64,000 bases of DNA from Nitrospiraceae bacterium (GTDB lineage Bacteria; Nitrospirota; Thermodesulfovibrionia; UBA6902): positions 7,774 to 71,773 of the forward strand of contig QZKO01000014.1 in NCBI GenBank assembly GCA_003599505.1, read 5' to 3'. Position 1 is the first letter of the stretch. Each line of letters opens with the position of its first letter. This document shows positions 1 through 10,489 of this stretch, piece by piece. Below the pieces are notes generated by a model that saw only the letters and a list, made by a program, of their open reading frames with translations, was not told where the DNA came from and did no database searches. A program made the position numbers and the translations under genes.

Positions 1-507
1 GACTGGATTTATAAAATTGCAAAATTTATTCCCAACCGTAAGGCGCTTAAAAAGTCCACATATCTTATTGATAAAGCGAGTTCGCCGGTCACCTTGTCAA
101 ACGTTTGTGGGACCAACCCGTTCGGCGGAATGGATATAAGCGCGGGGTCGGCTGCTGAATACGAAAAACTGCGTGAGCAGATTATTGATGAGCTCATGGG
201 TCTTAACAGTACACTTGGCGCCAATGCCGTTAAATGGGCTGTAAGGAGAGAACAATTGTATAGAGGTTTACATGAAAAGAGACTGCCGGACGTATTGTTT
301 GAGCTCGATGGGGAATACGGCGTAGGGATGGATTTATTTACACCTCTTTCGAGCCGGAACTATACTCACAAGAAAATATCGGGCGGGCATAAGAAAGAGG
401 GTATTTTACTGATATACAAAAACAGTGAAGGAATTATAAAGGCAAAGCGTCCTGAATCCGTTATGGGCGTGAAAGATTATGTTTTAAATTTAATCGCCGC
501 CTATTGA
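1..507 (+). CDS. C-terminal fragment (gene starts upstream of window) of an alkaline-phosphatase-superfamily protein (type I phosphodiesterase / phosphotransferase-like)
   Basis: Frame 1 is open from nt 1 with no in-frame stop, so the listed 94..507 ORF is the 3' end of a longer gene. The C-terminal composition (SGGHKKEGILLIY) resembles AlkP-fold enzymes. The stop TGA at 505-507 overlaps the next gene's start. Confidence 0.35.
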   Translation, partial: DWIYKIAKFIPNRKALKKSTYLIDKASSPVTLSNVCGTNPFGGMDISAGSAAEYEKLREQIIDELMGLNSTLGANAVKWAVRREQLYRGLHEKRLPDVLFELDGEYGVGMDLFTPLSSRNYTHKKISGGHKKEGILLIYKNSEGIIKAKRPESVMGVKDYVLNLIAAY

Positions 508-509
508 AA

Positions 510-1817
510 ATGAAGATTTTACTGGTCAGCAATTTTTACTATAACCGTGGAGGTGACTGTACCTATCTCTTCTACCTTAAGAAGCTTTTGGAAAAGAGGG
601 GACATAACGTTATTATATTTTCGATGAACCATCCCCAGAACTTTGATTCCGAATATTCCCGGCATTTTGTAAGCTATATAAATTATGATGAGGAAGTTAA
701 AAGCAAAACCATAGCTTCCGTGTTTAAGGTGCTGAACAGGACGATATATTCCAATGAAGCGAGGAGGAGGATCGAGGAACTGATACTGGATGAGAAACCG
801 GATATAGCACATCTGCAGAATATTCATCACCACATAACCCCTTCAGTATTCTATGCCCTGAAGAAGAACAATATCCCCATTGTCTGGACCTTGCATGATT
901 ATACTGTAATATGCCCCAACACTTCTTTTTTGTCTCACGGAAAGGTTTGCGAAAAGTGCCGGAAGAGCAAGTATTACTGGCCGTTAATCCTGAGGTGCAA
1001 GAAGAACTCGTTTGGCGCCAGCGCGATGGCTGCCTTTGAAACCATGATACACATGAAAATGGGAGTAAACGATCTTGTAGATATCTTTATCGCGCCGAGC
1101 AGTTTCCTGGAAAACAAGCTTATTGACTATGGTTTTGACAGGGCCAAGATACGTCATCTGACTAACTTTATGACGGATATCTCTGTGTCAGATGCAGAAA
1201 ATAAGATAAGCGGGACAAGCGACTATTACCTTTATATCGGCAGGGTATCGGAAGAGAAAGGCATCAAAACGCTTATCGATGCAGCAAGTAAAATAGATTC
1301 ATGCAAACTTAAGATCGTAGGTACCGGGCCCTTAGAGGAAGAAATGGTATCATATGCGGAGTCAAAAAATGGAATAAACAACATAGAATTTTTAGGATAT
1401 AGAAAGCATGAAGAGGTGTTAAGTCTTTTAAGGGGGTGCAGATTTGTGGTATTGCCCTCGGAGTGGTATGAAAATTACCCTTATTCCGTTCTGGAGGCAT
1501 TCTCATATGGTAAACCGGTGATAGGTTCAAGAATAGGCGGCATCCCGGAGATCGTTAAAAACTGGGAGACAGGCCTTCTTTTTGACCCGGGGGATTCTGA
1601 AGATTTAAGTTTAAAGATAAGGTTTCTCATCAATCATCCTGATAAAGCAGAAATGCTGGGACGGAATGCAAGACGATTTATTGATGAGGAAATTAATGCT
1701 GATAAGCATTACGATGACTTAATGTCAATTTACAGTTTTGTTTTACAGAAGACGATGGCAGAGAAACAGGGCGCACAAGGTCCCGGGAAATTTCACAAAA
1801 AGGACCGGAAAGTATGA
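510..1817 (+). CDS. Glycosyltransferase family 4 (GT4, GT-B fold), paralog A of a tandem pair
   Basis: EWYENYPYSVLEAFSYGKPVIGSRIGGIPEIV matches the GT4 E-x7-E nucleotide-sugar binding motif. The N-terminus MKILLVSNFYYNRGGDCTYLF is nearly identical to the next gene. I use the ATG at 510 rather than the TTG at 504 listed in the ORF track. The stop overlaps the next start (ATGA). Confidence 0.8.
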   Translation: MKILLVSNFYYNRGGDCTYLFYLKKLLEKRGHNVIIFSMNHPQNFDSEYSRHFVSYINYDEEVKSKTIASVFKVLNRTIYSNEARRRIEELILDEKPDIAHLQNIHHHITPSVFYALKKNNIPIVWTLHDYTVICPNTSFLSHGKVCEKCRKSKYYWPLILRCKKNSFGASAMAAFETMIHMKMGVNDLVDIFIAPSSFLENKLIDYGFDRAKIRHLTNFMTDISVSDAENKISGTSDYYLYIGRVSEEKGIKTLIDAASKIDSCKLKIVGTGPLEEEMVSYAESKNGINNIEFLGYRKHEEVLSLLRGCRFVVLPSEWYENYPYSVLEAFSYGKPVIGSRIGGIPEIVKNWETGLLFDPGDSEDLSLKIRFLINHPDKAEMLGRNARRFIDEEINADKHYDDLMSIYSFVLQKTMAEKQGAQGPGKFHKKDRKV

Positions 1818-3094
1818 AAATTCTTCTCATTAATAATTTTTACTATAATCGGGGTGGTGATTGCACCTATCTCTTTTCTCTTAAGGAACTTCTCGAAAAG
1901 AAGGGTCATACGGTGTCTGTTTTCTCGATGCATCATCCACTCAATTTTGATAATGAATACTCCAAATATTTTGTTGATTATATTAATTATGATGATGAGG
2001 TAAAGGACATAAACATCGCGTCCGGGACCAAGGTCTTAAAAAGGACCATCTTCTCATTGGAAGCAAGGGAAAAGATCGAGCGGCTTTTAAAGGAGGAGAA
2101 ACCTGACATTGCCCATCTGCAAAATATCCATCATCATATCACGCCGTCGATATTCTTTGCATTTAAAAAATATAAAATTCCGGTTGTATGGACCCTGCAT
2201 GATTACTCTATTATCTGTCCGAATACATCCTTTCTTTCTCACGGCAGGATTTGTGAAAAATGCAAAAAAAGGAAATATTTCTGGCCCCCTATAGAAAAAT
2301 GTAAAAAGGAATCTTTCAGCGCGAGCACCATGGCCGGCCTTGAGGCGGTGAGCCACTATGTTGCAGGGGTCAGCCAATTAGTTAATATGTTTATTGCCCC
2401 AAGTGAGTTTTTAAGGGGAAAATGTATTGAATACGGCATTAAAGAGGAAAATATAAAGTGCTTGCATTATTTTATTGATAAAAGATTTCCGCCTGGTACA
2501 GGTGAAAATAGTGACTATTTTCTTTACGCAGGGAGGTTGTCGCGGGAAAAGGGGGTCAAGACGCTTATTGATGCGACGCTTAAGGTATCCCTGAACGGGA
2601 AGGATGCAAATATATTGAAAAAATATAAACTTAAAATTGTCGGCGCCGGGCCTCTGCATGAGGAACTGGTTTCATATGCACGCTCAAAAGATAAAAACAA
2701 TATAATCGAATTCCTGGGTCATAAGAGGCATGAGGAAGTGATTGATCTTATCAGGGGATGTCGCTTTACAGTTGTCCCTTCCGAGTGGTATGAAAATTAT
2801 CCCTTTGCTATCATGGAATCCTTTATCTGTGGGAAACCGGTTATCGGCACAAAATTCGGGGGCATTCCTGAATTAATAACAAACACAGTTAGAGGATTGA
2901 TTTTTAAGCATGGGAATTCAGATGATTTGTGTGCAACTATTAAATATCTCCTTAACAACCCTGACCTTGCTGAAGAAATGGGTAGAAATGCGAGGACGTT
3001 TGCCCTTGAGGAATTGAATGGCGAAAAACATTATGAGAAGTTGATGGAAATATATGAGTTTGTAATGCACAAGAACAGAACCCATTCGACTTAG
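1814..3094 (+). CDS. Glycosyltransferase family 4 (GT4), paralog B (tandem duplicate of 510..1817)
   Basis: It shares the blocks MKILLINNFYYNRGGDCTYLF, DIAHLQNIHHHITPS, VWTLHDY, CPNTSFLSHG and EWYENYP with the upstream gene, in the same order. It has the GT4 EX7E motif. Confidence 0.8.
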   Translation: MKILLINNFYYNRGGDCTYLFSLKELLEKKGHTVSVFSMHHPLNFDNEYSKYFVDYINYDDEVKDINIASGTKVLKRTIFSLEAREKIERLLKEEKPDIAHLQNIHHHITPSIFFAFKKYKIPVVWTLHDYSIICPNTSFLSHGRICEKCKKRKYFWPPIEKCKKESFSASTMAGLEAVSHYVAGVSQLVNMFIAPSEFLRGKCIEYGIKEENIKCLHYFIDKRFPPGTGENSDYFLYAGRLSREKGVKTLIDATLKVSLNGKDANILKKYKLKIVGAGPLHEELVSYARSKDKNNIIEFLGHKRHEEVIDLIRGCRFTVVPSEWYENYPFAIMESFICGKPVIGTKFGGIPELITNTVRGLIFKHGNSDDLCATIKYLLNNPDLAEEMGRNARTFALEELNGEKHYEKLMEIYEFVMHKNRTHST

Positions 3095-3166
3095 CCCTAT
3101 TTATTGCAGAGGGTAATCTTTTTTATAGAGTCCAAATGAAGAAGCCGCTTTTCATTCGGAAATAAA

Positions 3167-4558
3167 ATGCCACTTAAGGAAAACGCAATATCCCTGATAC
3201 GGATTAAATTATTTGATATGGCAGGATATTGGCTGATAGGTATCCTTTTGATTATTCCTTTTCAACCCAGAATTTCTTTGATCACACAGCTCTGGAATAG
3301 CCGGGCAGCAAATATTTTTAATAAATTAGACGAATTAACAATCATTATATTTTTCCCTCTTGCGGCTTATATATTATATAGGAACTACAAGGAGGGAAGA
3401 ATTAATTGCCAGCTTTATGGAATTTTCGTTTTTCCTATTATTACAGTAATTTCTATGGGGTTCATATCGGGCCTTTTAAATCAAAATTCGATGTATATTA
3501 CTGCTCATGGCATTTTTTCTTATATAAAAAATTTCCTCCTTATCTTTATCTATGCAGCTTTTTTTAGAGAGGGTATTACATTTCAGAAGATATTCCAATT
3601 GATGTTAATTATTGCTGTATGTGTGGGCGTTATAGCTATTATCCACGAACTGTGGGCAATGTACCTGAAATATTCTGACTACGATCTTCCCATTTCAATC
3701 TTTAACAATATTCAAATGATAATGATAATGATAACTGGAGGCAAGATAGACCCTTTTAATTGGAGGATGGGAATTTACAGGACCCCTTCCATCATGACAC
3801 ATTATAATCTCCTCGGATTTTATAGCATATTCATCATTAGTATTTATTTAACAATAACAAAGAAAATTAACGCGATCAGCTTTTCCTCTCTTTTCGCGGG
3901 AGTTTTATTAAGCGTATCGAGGCTGGCTTTTTTGTGCTTTGCATTTTTAGCGGGATTCCAGATTTTAAAGGGCAGGAAATGGTTTATTGTTTTATTAATC
4001 CCTTTATTGCCCTTGCTGTTATATGCTGTTTTTATATCTCATAATAGTGTCTTTTCAGATGAAATAAATGTACCACGAGACACGATAACAGGAGAAGAGA
4101 TAAAAGAGGGAATGACTTCCTACCGGGAGTATGCACGTTCAAAGACACTTGAGGTGTGGAGAGACTATCCCGTATTAGGGGTTGGTCCCGGCATGTTCGG
4201 AGGGGATATAGCTGTAAAAAACAATTCACCGTATTATGAAGAATATAATGCTTTTGTATTGCTGAAACATTTTCGTACGTTAGATCAGTTTTGGCCCCAG
4301 GCGCTTGCTGAAATGGGCATCGTCGGGACGATTGCGTTTGCAGGATTGCTTGTCTCATTGTTTTTAACATTTCTGTTATCACGTCAATTGGCTGCCGATG
4401 AATTGACAAGAGGTTTATTTACAGGACTTACGGTATTTACGGTCTTTGTTTTTTTCAGTACTTTCAGCAACAGTTTAAACAATGCCCCGATTTTATTTCC
4501 TTATTGTGCAGTTGCAGGTATGGGATTAGGGTGTGGGGGACGACATGAAACTGCATAA
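3167..4558 (+). CDS. O-antigen ligase / polymerase family polytopic membrane protein (Wzy_C-like)
   Basis: It has about 10 predicted TM segments. A large late periplasmic loop contains REYARSKTLEVWRDYPVLGVGPGMFGG, matching the conserved R...YP.fGvGpG.f signature of the O-antigen ligase/Wzy family. Confidence 0.65.
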   Translation: MPLKENAISLIRIKLFDMAGYWLIGILLIIPFQPRISLITQLWNSRAANIFNKLDELTIIIFFPLAAYILYRNYKEGRINCQLYGIFVFPIITVISMGFISGLLNQNSMYITAHGIFSYIKNFLLIFIYAAFFREGITFQKIFQLMLIIAVCVGVIAIIHELWAMYLKYSDYDLPISIFNNIQMIMIMITGGKIDPFNWRMGIYRTPSIMTHYNLLGFYSIFIISIYLTITKKINAISFSSLFAGVLLSVSRLAFLCFAFLAGFQILKGRKWFIVLLIPLLPLLLYAVFISHNSVFSDEINVPRDTITGEEIKEGMTSYREYARSKTLEVWRDYPVLGVGPGMFGGDIAVKNNSPYYEEYNAFVLLKHFRTLDQFWPQALAEMGIVGTIAFAGLLVSLFLTFLLSRQLAADELTRGLFTGLTVFTVFVFFSTFSNSLNNAPILFPYCAVAGMGLGCGGRHETA

Positions 4559-6557
4559 TTTATTACTTGTCATCTTAACGTTGGCGAGTATAACTGCCGC
4601 AAGTTATGCGAGTGCCGGGGAGAGTGTAATCGTTGTTTATTATGACAAAGAGATTGGGCTTATAAATGAGAAAGTTTTTGGCAATACTTTCTTGAGTAAT
4701 GATCCCGGCACAGATGAACCTAAGTATAGTCATTATTATGGTCGCGCAGATTATGGCTTAGGGATTTGGGACCCAAAGAAGAAAGAATCAGTTAATGAGG
4801 TAGTAGAGTTAGCAAAAAATGCCGGAATATCTATTGTTCGTTTTACTAATGGCTCTTATCCCTGGAAAAAAACCATTGGTAAAGGAAGAGAACATTTTCT
4901 GTACGGAATTGATGAATTTTTAAAAACGACTAAGGAATTAGGCGCTGAGGCGGTTATTTTAATGAATTATTTTGTTGACAATGAGCAAGACGCTGCGGAC
5001 TTGGTGGAATATTTGAATGCTCCATGTGACGGGGAGCATCCATGGGCAGAGAAGCGGGCAGAAAATGGTCATCCTGATCCGTATAACGTGAAATATTTTG
5101 AGATCGGTAATGAAATTTATTATGTTAATAACGGGGTATCACCTGAACAATATGCCCACAAATATTTAAAATTCTATGAAGCAATGAAGGCAGTAGATTC
5201 CTATATTAAAATAGGTATAAATTTATATACAAACGAGTGGAACAGGAGGATGCTTCAAATAGTTAAGGATAAGGTTGATTTTGGTATTTTACATCTATAT
5301 CCCACACCTGTATGGGGGGAAAAGCTGAAACAGATGAATCCGATAGAAATTTTCAGCTTGTCTCTATCCATACCCCCTCTTGGTTATGAGAATTTGTTTG
5401 TGGATACTCTGAAACTTACAAAAAAAATAACCGGGAAAGAACTGCCCTTTGCTATTACTGAATATAACGGTGGCTTTGCCTCAGATAACACAATGCATTA
5501 CTTGCAAACTCTCGGAACTGCGTTAATCAATGCCGAACTACTCAGGATATTTATGAAACCGGAACACAAAGTTCTTTTGGCTACTTACTTTCATTATTCT
5601 AATGAAAATGGAGGGATTATCAGGGCAGAAGATAACTTTATAAAACATGACTATCTGAAACCGATAAAATATGTAAAACGTCCAAGTTACTATGTGTATG
5701 AACTTTATAACAAATACTTCGGGACTACATTGATAGACGTGAATGTGAGGACCGATTTTTATGATATTAGGGAAGGGGGCATTTATCCTCATATATCGGA
5801 TGTCATTTTGAATTTAAAAAAAGGAGTTGTTGTCAGCGAAGATTTATTAGACATTAAATGGGAGATAATAAATTACCCTGGTGTGAGTACAAGGGTAAAA
5901 GACGGTATATTAGAGATTGACTATAAGGTGATTCATTATGCTTATGCTTTTAAGAAAGCAAAAATAAAACCTAACACATATTATAGATTGTCAGGTTATG
6001 TGAAAACTGAAGAATTGTTTGATAAAGAAGGAATATGTTTAGAAGTTCAGGATGCAAGAGGATGGAAATATCTTGATATTAAAACAGAAAAAATAACCGG
6101 AACAGTTGATTGGACATTTGTGCACAGCATATTCAGGACACCACCCGAAGCTGATTCAGTAATAGTTTTAGCACGGAGAATGGGGAAAGGAGATCCTGAT
6201 GAGGGCAAGGTATTTATTAAAGATGTTAAACTTGAGGAATTTGATCCAGATACTCTTGTGCCGTTTCTTTCAGTTAATGCAAGTAAGAGCAAGAACGGAG
6301 ATAAAATATATCTGATGGTAATAAACAAGAATCTTGAAAAAGCCATATCATGCCAAGTTCAGTTAAGTGGTTTTGTAGCATCTGAAAAGGCAAGAATTAG
6401 GGTATTAAATGGACCGTCTATAACTGCTACAAATGAAATAATAAAAGATAATGTAAATGTAGTATATAAAGAAATTGAAATTGTCAATGGCGTTTTAAAA
6501 ATGAATTTCGACCCGCATACATTAACAGCAATCGAAATTGAAAAGAGAAAATTATGA
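4545..6557 (+). CDS. Secreted glycoside hydrolase, clan GH-A TIM-barrel (PslG/GH39/GH5-like) with C-terminal beta-sandwich domain
   Basis: The N-terminal Sec signal peptide is MKLHNLLLVILTLASITAASYASA. YFEIGNEIYY carries the clan GH-A acid/base NE(P) motif. The ATG at 4545 is preceded by GGGGGA, a Shine-Dalgarno-like sequence. The ORF track's GTG at 4533 is also possible. Confidence 0.55.
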   Translation: MKLHNLLLVILTLASITAASYASAGESVIVVYYDKEIGLINEKVFGNTFLSNDPGTDEPKYSHYYGRADYGLGIWDPKKKESVNEVVELAKNAGISIVRFTNGSYPWKKTIGKGREHFLYGIDEFLKTTKELGAEAVILMNYFVDNEQDAADLVEYLNAPCDGEHPWAEKRAENGHPDPYNVKYFEIGNEIYYVNNGVSPEQYAHKYLKFYEAMKAVDSYIKIGINLYTNEWNRRMLQIVKDKVDFGILHLYPTPVWGEKLKQMNPIEIFSLSLSIPPLGYENLFVDTLKLTKKITGKELPFAITEYNGGFASDNTMHYLQTLGTALINAELLRIFMKPEHKVLLATYFHYSNENGGIIRAEDNFIKHDYLKPIKYVKRPSYYVYELYNKYFGTTLIDVNVRTDFYDIREGGIYPHISDVILNLKKGVVVSEDLLDIKWEIINYPGVSTRVKDGILEIDYKVIHYAYAFKKAKIKPNTYYRLSGYVKTEELFDKEGICLEVQDARGWKYLDIKTEKITGTVDWTFVHSIFRTPPEADSVIVLARRMGKGDPDEGKVFIKDVKLEEFDPDTLVPFLSVNASKSKNGDKIYLMVINKNLEKAISCQVQLSGFVASEKARIRVLNGPSITATNEIIKDNVNVVYKEIEIVNGVLKMNFDPHTLTAIEIEKRKL

Positions 6558-8227
6558 AGTTATTAAAATATCTTGAAAAAATAGATATAACTTGTTGTTG
6601 TCTGCTTATAAGCAGTATGATCTTTCCTCTAATGGGATTTGGTTTATATTTTAGAAACGAAGATGCACAATATGTGATTTGGCTGGATAAGGATCATAAT
6701 ATTTTTAATGCGTTTAATTTAAATGCTAACTATGCTTCTATAACATACAGGCCTGTTTCCGAATTAGGGATGCGAATCGTGTATAGTTTTTTTGGAAGCA
6801 ACCCTTTGGCCTTCCAGGTTGCCAGTGGAATATCATTTATAGCTGCAATCTTCTTTTTATATAAAATCGTGATGCTTTTATTTAATAGAACTACCGCGTT
6901 TTTGGTAATATTAACTTTTTATTTAGGTTTTTATAAAATCATTCACTTTCTTTACACGCCTATTCAGGGCTTTCAATATTCTTTTGACTTGTTTTTAGCT
7001 ACCGGTTCTATTTTTTATGCAATGAAAGGATTGAAAGACGGGAAATTTAATTATTACTATGCAATAAGTATTTTATTGATGATTTCCGCTATATTTTCTC
7101 ACCCGGTATGTTCGTTTTTCCTTCCTATAATAAACATAGTTCTTCTAATCATAAATTGGAGAAAATTGGAAAATATACATATTAACAAAAAAATACTGAT
7201 TGTTGCTTTTTTTATTACGCTATTACTTGCTACAAAAATAGTTACAAAACAGGGTGTTGATATATTTAATAAATCAATTGTTGATGCTATAACGTTTCTA
7301 CTAAATGGATATATAGGATATGGTAATATTTTTCTAAATAGTAGACTTAATTTAATTCTTATCCCTTTTCCCCTTGTTTATGGATTAACACACTTTATAA
7401 TTAAAAAATACTTTTTCAGTTCCAAAGGTCATTCCATTTTTATTTATTCTTCTATTGGTGCAATTATTGGATGTATAATAGCTAATATAGTTTCTAAAGA
7501 AATCGCTTTTATAATATTAAGCGTGCTTCTTCTTATTATTGCAACAACAGACAGATATAAGTTTTTCTTAACGGTTTGGTTCTTTAGTAGTCTATTGCCA
7601 TCTATTCTGAGTACAGAAGCAACAGGGGTTTATGCACGGCATTCAGCATTTGCATTAAGTTTTACTGTAGGAATTATATATGGAGAAATTATATCTGAAA
7701 TTCTAAGCTTGATTCAAAATAAATTCAGAAGAGCCGTTAACTTGTTTTCGTTAAACGCTATAGCGTTTTCTTTGACGTTATTTATTCTTTCAATAAGCAG
7801 CTTAGCCAAATTTAATATCTTGCACATTCCATTTGTTAGCAGCCAGTTAGAACAACTAAATTACGTTAAGGATATAAGCTGCAATTTTCAAGACGTGCTG
7901 ATTTTTTTGGCAGAGAAAATAAACAAAAATGAGCATGTTTATTTCCTTAAAGACTTTAAGCTGGATAAAGAAAATCTTTATACACAGAATCATGTGGAGC
8001 GGCTCCGGCCTGCAGGAATTAATCATTATCCTTCTTATCTTAAAATGCATAATAGAGATGATTTAATAGTAGAATCTGTCGATAACCTTAATCAAATTTA
8101 TGGCAATCAGAAGATAATAGTTGCAACAAACAGTTGGGAGGCAGAGTATTTGGAATCTCGTTATACACTTAACATATGGAAAGTATTTAGACGGGGAAAG
8201 GCTATTGCAAAGATATACAGATATTAA
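6554..8227 (+). CDS. Polytopic membrane protein, putative GT-C fold glycosyltransferase
   Basis: It has more than 10 hydrophobic segments and a first-loop acidic motif (RNEDAQYVIWLD) followed by YRPVSELGMR, reminiscent of ArnT/PMT-type GT-C enzymes. Its start overlaps the upstream stop (ATGA). Confidence 0.4.
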   Translation: MKLLKYLEKIDITCCCLLISSMIFPLMGFGLYFRNEDAQYVIWLDKDHNIFNAFNLNANYASITYRPVSELGMRIVYSFFGSNPLAFQVASGISFIAAIFFLYKIVMLLFNRTTAFLVILTFYLGFYKIIHFLYTPIQGFQYSFDLFLATGSIFYAMKGLKDGKFNYYYAISILLMISAIFSHPVCSFFLPIINIVLLIINWRKLENIHINKKILIVAFFITLLLATKIVTKQGVDIFNKSIVDAITFLLNGYIGYGNIFLNSRLNLILIPFPLVYGLTHFIIKKYFFSSKGHSIFIYSSIGAIIGCIIANIVSKEIAFIILSVLLLIIATTDRYKFFLTVWFFSSLLPSILSTEATGVYARHSAFALSFTVGIIYGEIISEILSLIQNKFRRAVNLFSLNAIAFSLTLFILSISSLAKFNILHIPFVSSQLEQLNYVKDISCNFQDVLIFLAEKINKNEHVYFLKDFKLDKENLYTQNHVERLRPAGINHYPSYLKMHNRDDLIVESVDNLNQIYGNQKIIVATNSWEAEYLESRYTLNIWKVFRRGKAIAKIYRY

Positions 8228-8323
8228 GCGTGTTATATGATGACAACCACGTAATATTGAAATGATTTCTCAAATGCCGGCATATTAGTTGAAAGAAATT
8301 AAGAAAGGCGAAAAGAATAAGTA

Positions 8324-9331
8324 ATGCTAAAATACCCCAAAGAAATATGCATTATCCTTACATACAGGTGCAATGCAAAGTGCAATATGTGTGATGTATG
8401 GCATTATCCAACGAAAGCCGGTGAGGAAATTACTCCAACGCAACTTGAAAAACTTCCTTCAGACCTCAGGTTTATTAATATAACAGGTGGTGAACCATTC
8501 ATAAGACAGGATATTACTGATATTATAGATGTAATACGTCCTAAAACAAAGCGGATTGTAATCAGTAACAATGGTTTTTTTACCGGGCGTATCGTAAAGC
8601 TGTGTGAAAAATATCCTGATTTAGGGATAAGAATAAGTACTGAGGGGCTTCAAAAGACTAACGATTCAATCAGAGGGATACCTCATGGGTTTGACAGGAC
8701 TCTCAGAACCCTGTTGACATTGCGAAGAATGGGAATTAAGGATATTGGATTCGGCATGACCGTGCAGGATGAAAACTGCAAGGACTTGTTGCCTCTTTAT
8801 GAACTGTCAGATGCGCTCGGTTATGAATTTGCAACCGCAACGCTACATAATTCCCACTATTTCCATAAACTGGATAATAGGATAGATAATAAAGAGATGG
8901 TTTGCGGAGAGTTTGAAAAACTTATAACCGAGCTTTTAAAATCGAAATCAGTAAAAAAATGGTTCCGGGCCTATTTCAATTATGGATTGATGAATTATAT
9001 TTATGGGGGACAAAGATTCTTACCTTGCGAAATGGGAACAGAATCATGTTTTATAGACCCTTCAGGAGATGTATTAGCCTGCAATGGGATGGATGAAAAA
9101 ATGGCCATGGGTAATATCAGAGCGCAGTCATTTGAATCAATATGGAATAGCGAGCAGGCAAACAAGGTCCGTGAAATAGTCAGGTCATGTCAGAAGCAAT
9201 GCTGGATGGTCGGAAGCGCCGCCCCCGCCATTAAGAAGCATCCCTTGAAACCGCTTACCTGGGTCATCAGCAATAAACTCCGCCTTGTCTTTGGGAAAAA
9301 TCCTGACCTATGTATTCCTAACAGGAAATAA
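8324..9331 (+). CDS. Radical SAM enzyme with C-terminal SPASM/twitch Cys-rich domain
   Basis: YRCNAKCNMC provides the CX3CX2C [4Fe-4S] motif. NITGGEPF is the SAM-binding GGE motif. The C-terminus holds clustered Cys residues (CEMGTESCF...CNG...CQKQCW). It is paralogous to 23699..24799. Confidence 0.75.
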   Translation: MLKYPKEICIILTYRCNAKCNMCDVWHYPTKAGEEITPTQLEKLPSDLRFINITGGEPFIRQDITDIIDVIRPKTKRIVISNNGFFTGRIVKLCEKYPDLGIRISTEGLQKTNDSIRGIPHGFDRTLRTLLTLRRMGIKDIGFGMTVQDENCKDLLPLYELSDALGYEFATATLHNSHYFHKLDNRIDNKEMVCGEFEKLITELLKSKSVKKWFRAYFNYGLMNYIYGGQRFLPCEMGTESCFIDPSGDVLACNGMDEKMAMGNIRAQSFESIWNSEQANKVREIVRSCQKQCWMVGSAAPAIKKHPLKPLTWVISNKLRLVFGKNPDLCIPNRK

Positions 9332-9379
9332 TAGTTCGGTATTCTGCTTTTTATTTAAACACCCAATATCTGAGATTAA

Positions 9380-10489
9380 ATGAAAATAGTGGTAACCGGT
9401 ACCAGAGGTTTTCCCGGTGTGCAAGGGGGAGTGGAAAAGCATTGTGAAAAATTGTATTCACATTTGATAAAGCATGGCTGTGATATTACCGTCTTTTCCA
9501 GGAAACCATATGTCACGTACCCTGATGAGAAATTTAATGGGATAACGTTAATTCCTCTCAGTTGCCCTCAAAACAAATTTCTGGAAGCTATTGTTCATAC
9601 TTTTAAAAGTGTATTGGAAGCAAGAAAATTGCATCCTGATATTCTGCATATCCATGCAGTTGGCCCGGCACTGATGACCCCTTTTGCCCGTGTTCTCGGT
9701 ATGAAGGTTGTGGTTACCAGTCATGGTCCTGATTACAAGAGAAAGAAATGGTCGTGGCCGGCAAAAATATTCCTGAGATGGAGCGAATGGGCGGGGATGA
9801 CTTTTGCAAGTGAAATTATAGCGATTGCCCAGGATATTTCAAATGATATAAGGAAAAAGTACAGGAGAAATCCTGCTGTTATACCAAACGGTGTGGATAT
9901 TCCTGCGCAGGTAACTACGAGTGAGGCTCTCAAAAAATATGGTCTTCAAGAAAAAAGATATATTCTTTCTGTAGGAAGGTTTGTCCCGGAAAAAGGATTT
10001 CACGACCTTATAGATGCATTCAATAACATGAAAGGAAATAACTGGAAACTGGTGATCGTCGGAGATGCTGATCATGAGGATAAATACAGCCGTGATCTGA
10101 AAGTAAAGGCAGGGAATAATGAGAATATCTTACTAACAGGTTTTTTGACAGGTCAGCCTTTACAGGAAATATACAGTCATGCCGGACTTTTTGTTCTGCC
10201 TTCATCTTATGAAGGGTTGCCCATTGTTTTACTCGAAGCTATGAGTTATGGGTTACCATGTATCGCCAGTGATATTCCCGCCAATAGAAACGTTGATTTG
10301 GGTGATGATAGATTTTTCAGGGCAGGGGACATAAGCATGCTCTCTCGAAAGATCGTTTATTTTATTCAAAGACCATGGGAAGATACCGATAAAAGACATC
10401 AGGTTAACATGATTGCTGAAAAATATAACTGGGAAAGTATTGCTGATGAGACTTTGAAGGTTTATAAGAAAGTGTTTAAAGTGAGTTAG
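9380..10489 (+). CDS. Glycosyltransferase family 4 (GT4)
   Basis: VGRFVPEKGFHDLIDAF and LPSSYEGLPIVLLEAMSYGLPCIASD give the GT4 EX7E motif. A GT-B N-terminal Rossmann half is present. Confidence 0.8.
   Translation: MKIVVTGTRGFPGVQGGVEKHCEKLYSHLIKHGCDITVFSRKPYVTYPDEKFNGITLIPLSCPQNKFLEAIVHTFKSVLEARKLHPDILHIHAVGPALMTPFARVLGMKVVVTSHGPDYKRKKWSWPAKIFLRWSEWAGMTFASEIIAIAQDISNDIRKKYRRNPAVIPNGVDIPAQVTTSEALKKYGLQEKRYILSVGRFVPEKGFHDLIDAFNNMKGNNWKLVIVGDADHEDKYSRDLKVKAGNNENILLTGFLTGQPLQEIYSHAGLFVLPSSYEGLPIVLLEAMSYGLPCIASDIPANRNVDLGDDRFFRAGDISMLSRKIVYFIQRPWEDTDKRHQVNMIAEKYNWESIADETLKVYKKVFKVS

Noticed and set aside
8324-9331. Idea that the SPASM radical SAMs are anaerobic sulfatase-maturating enzymes for the sulfatase-fold proteins
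   Set aside because: The sulfatase-fold proteins in the window lack the C/S-x-P-x-R formylglycine target motif and carry Thr at that position. An anSME role is therefore unsupported here.
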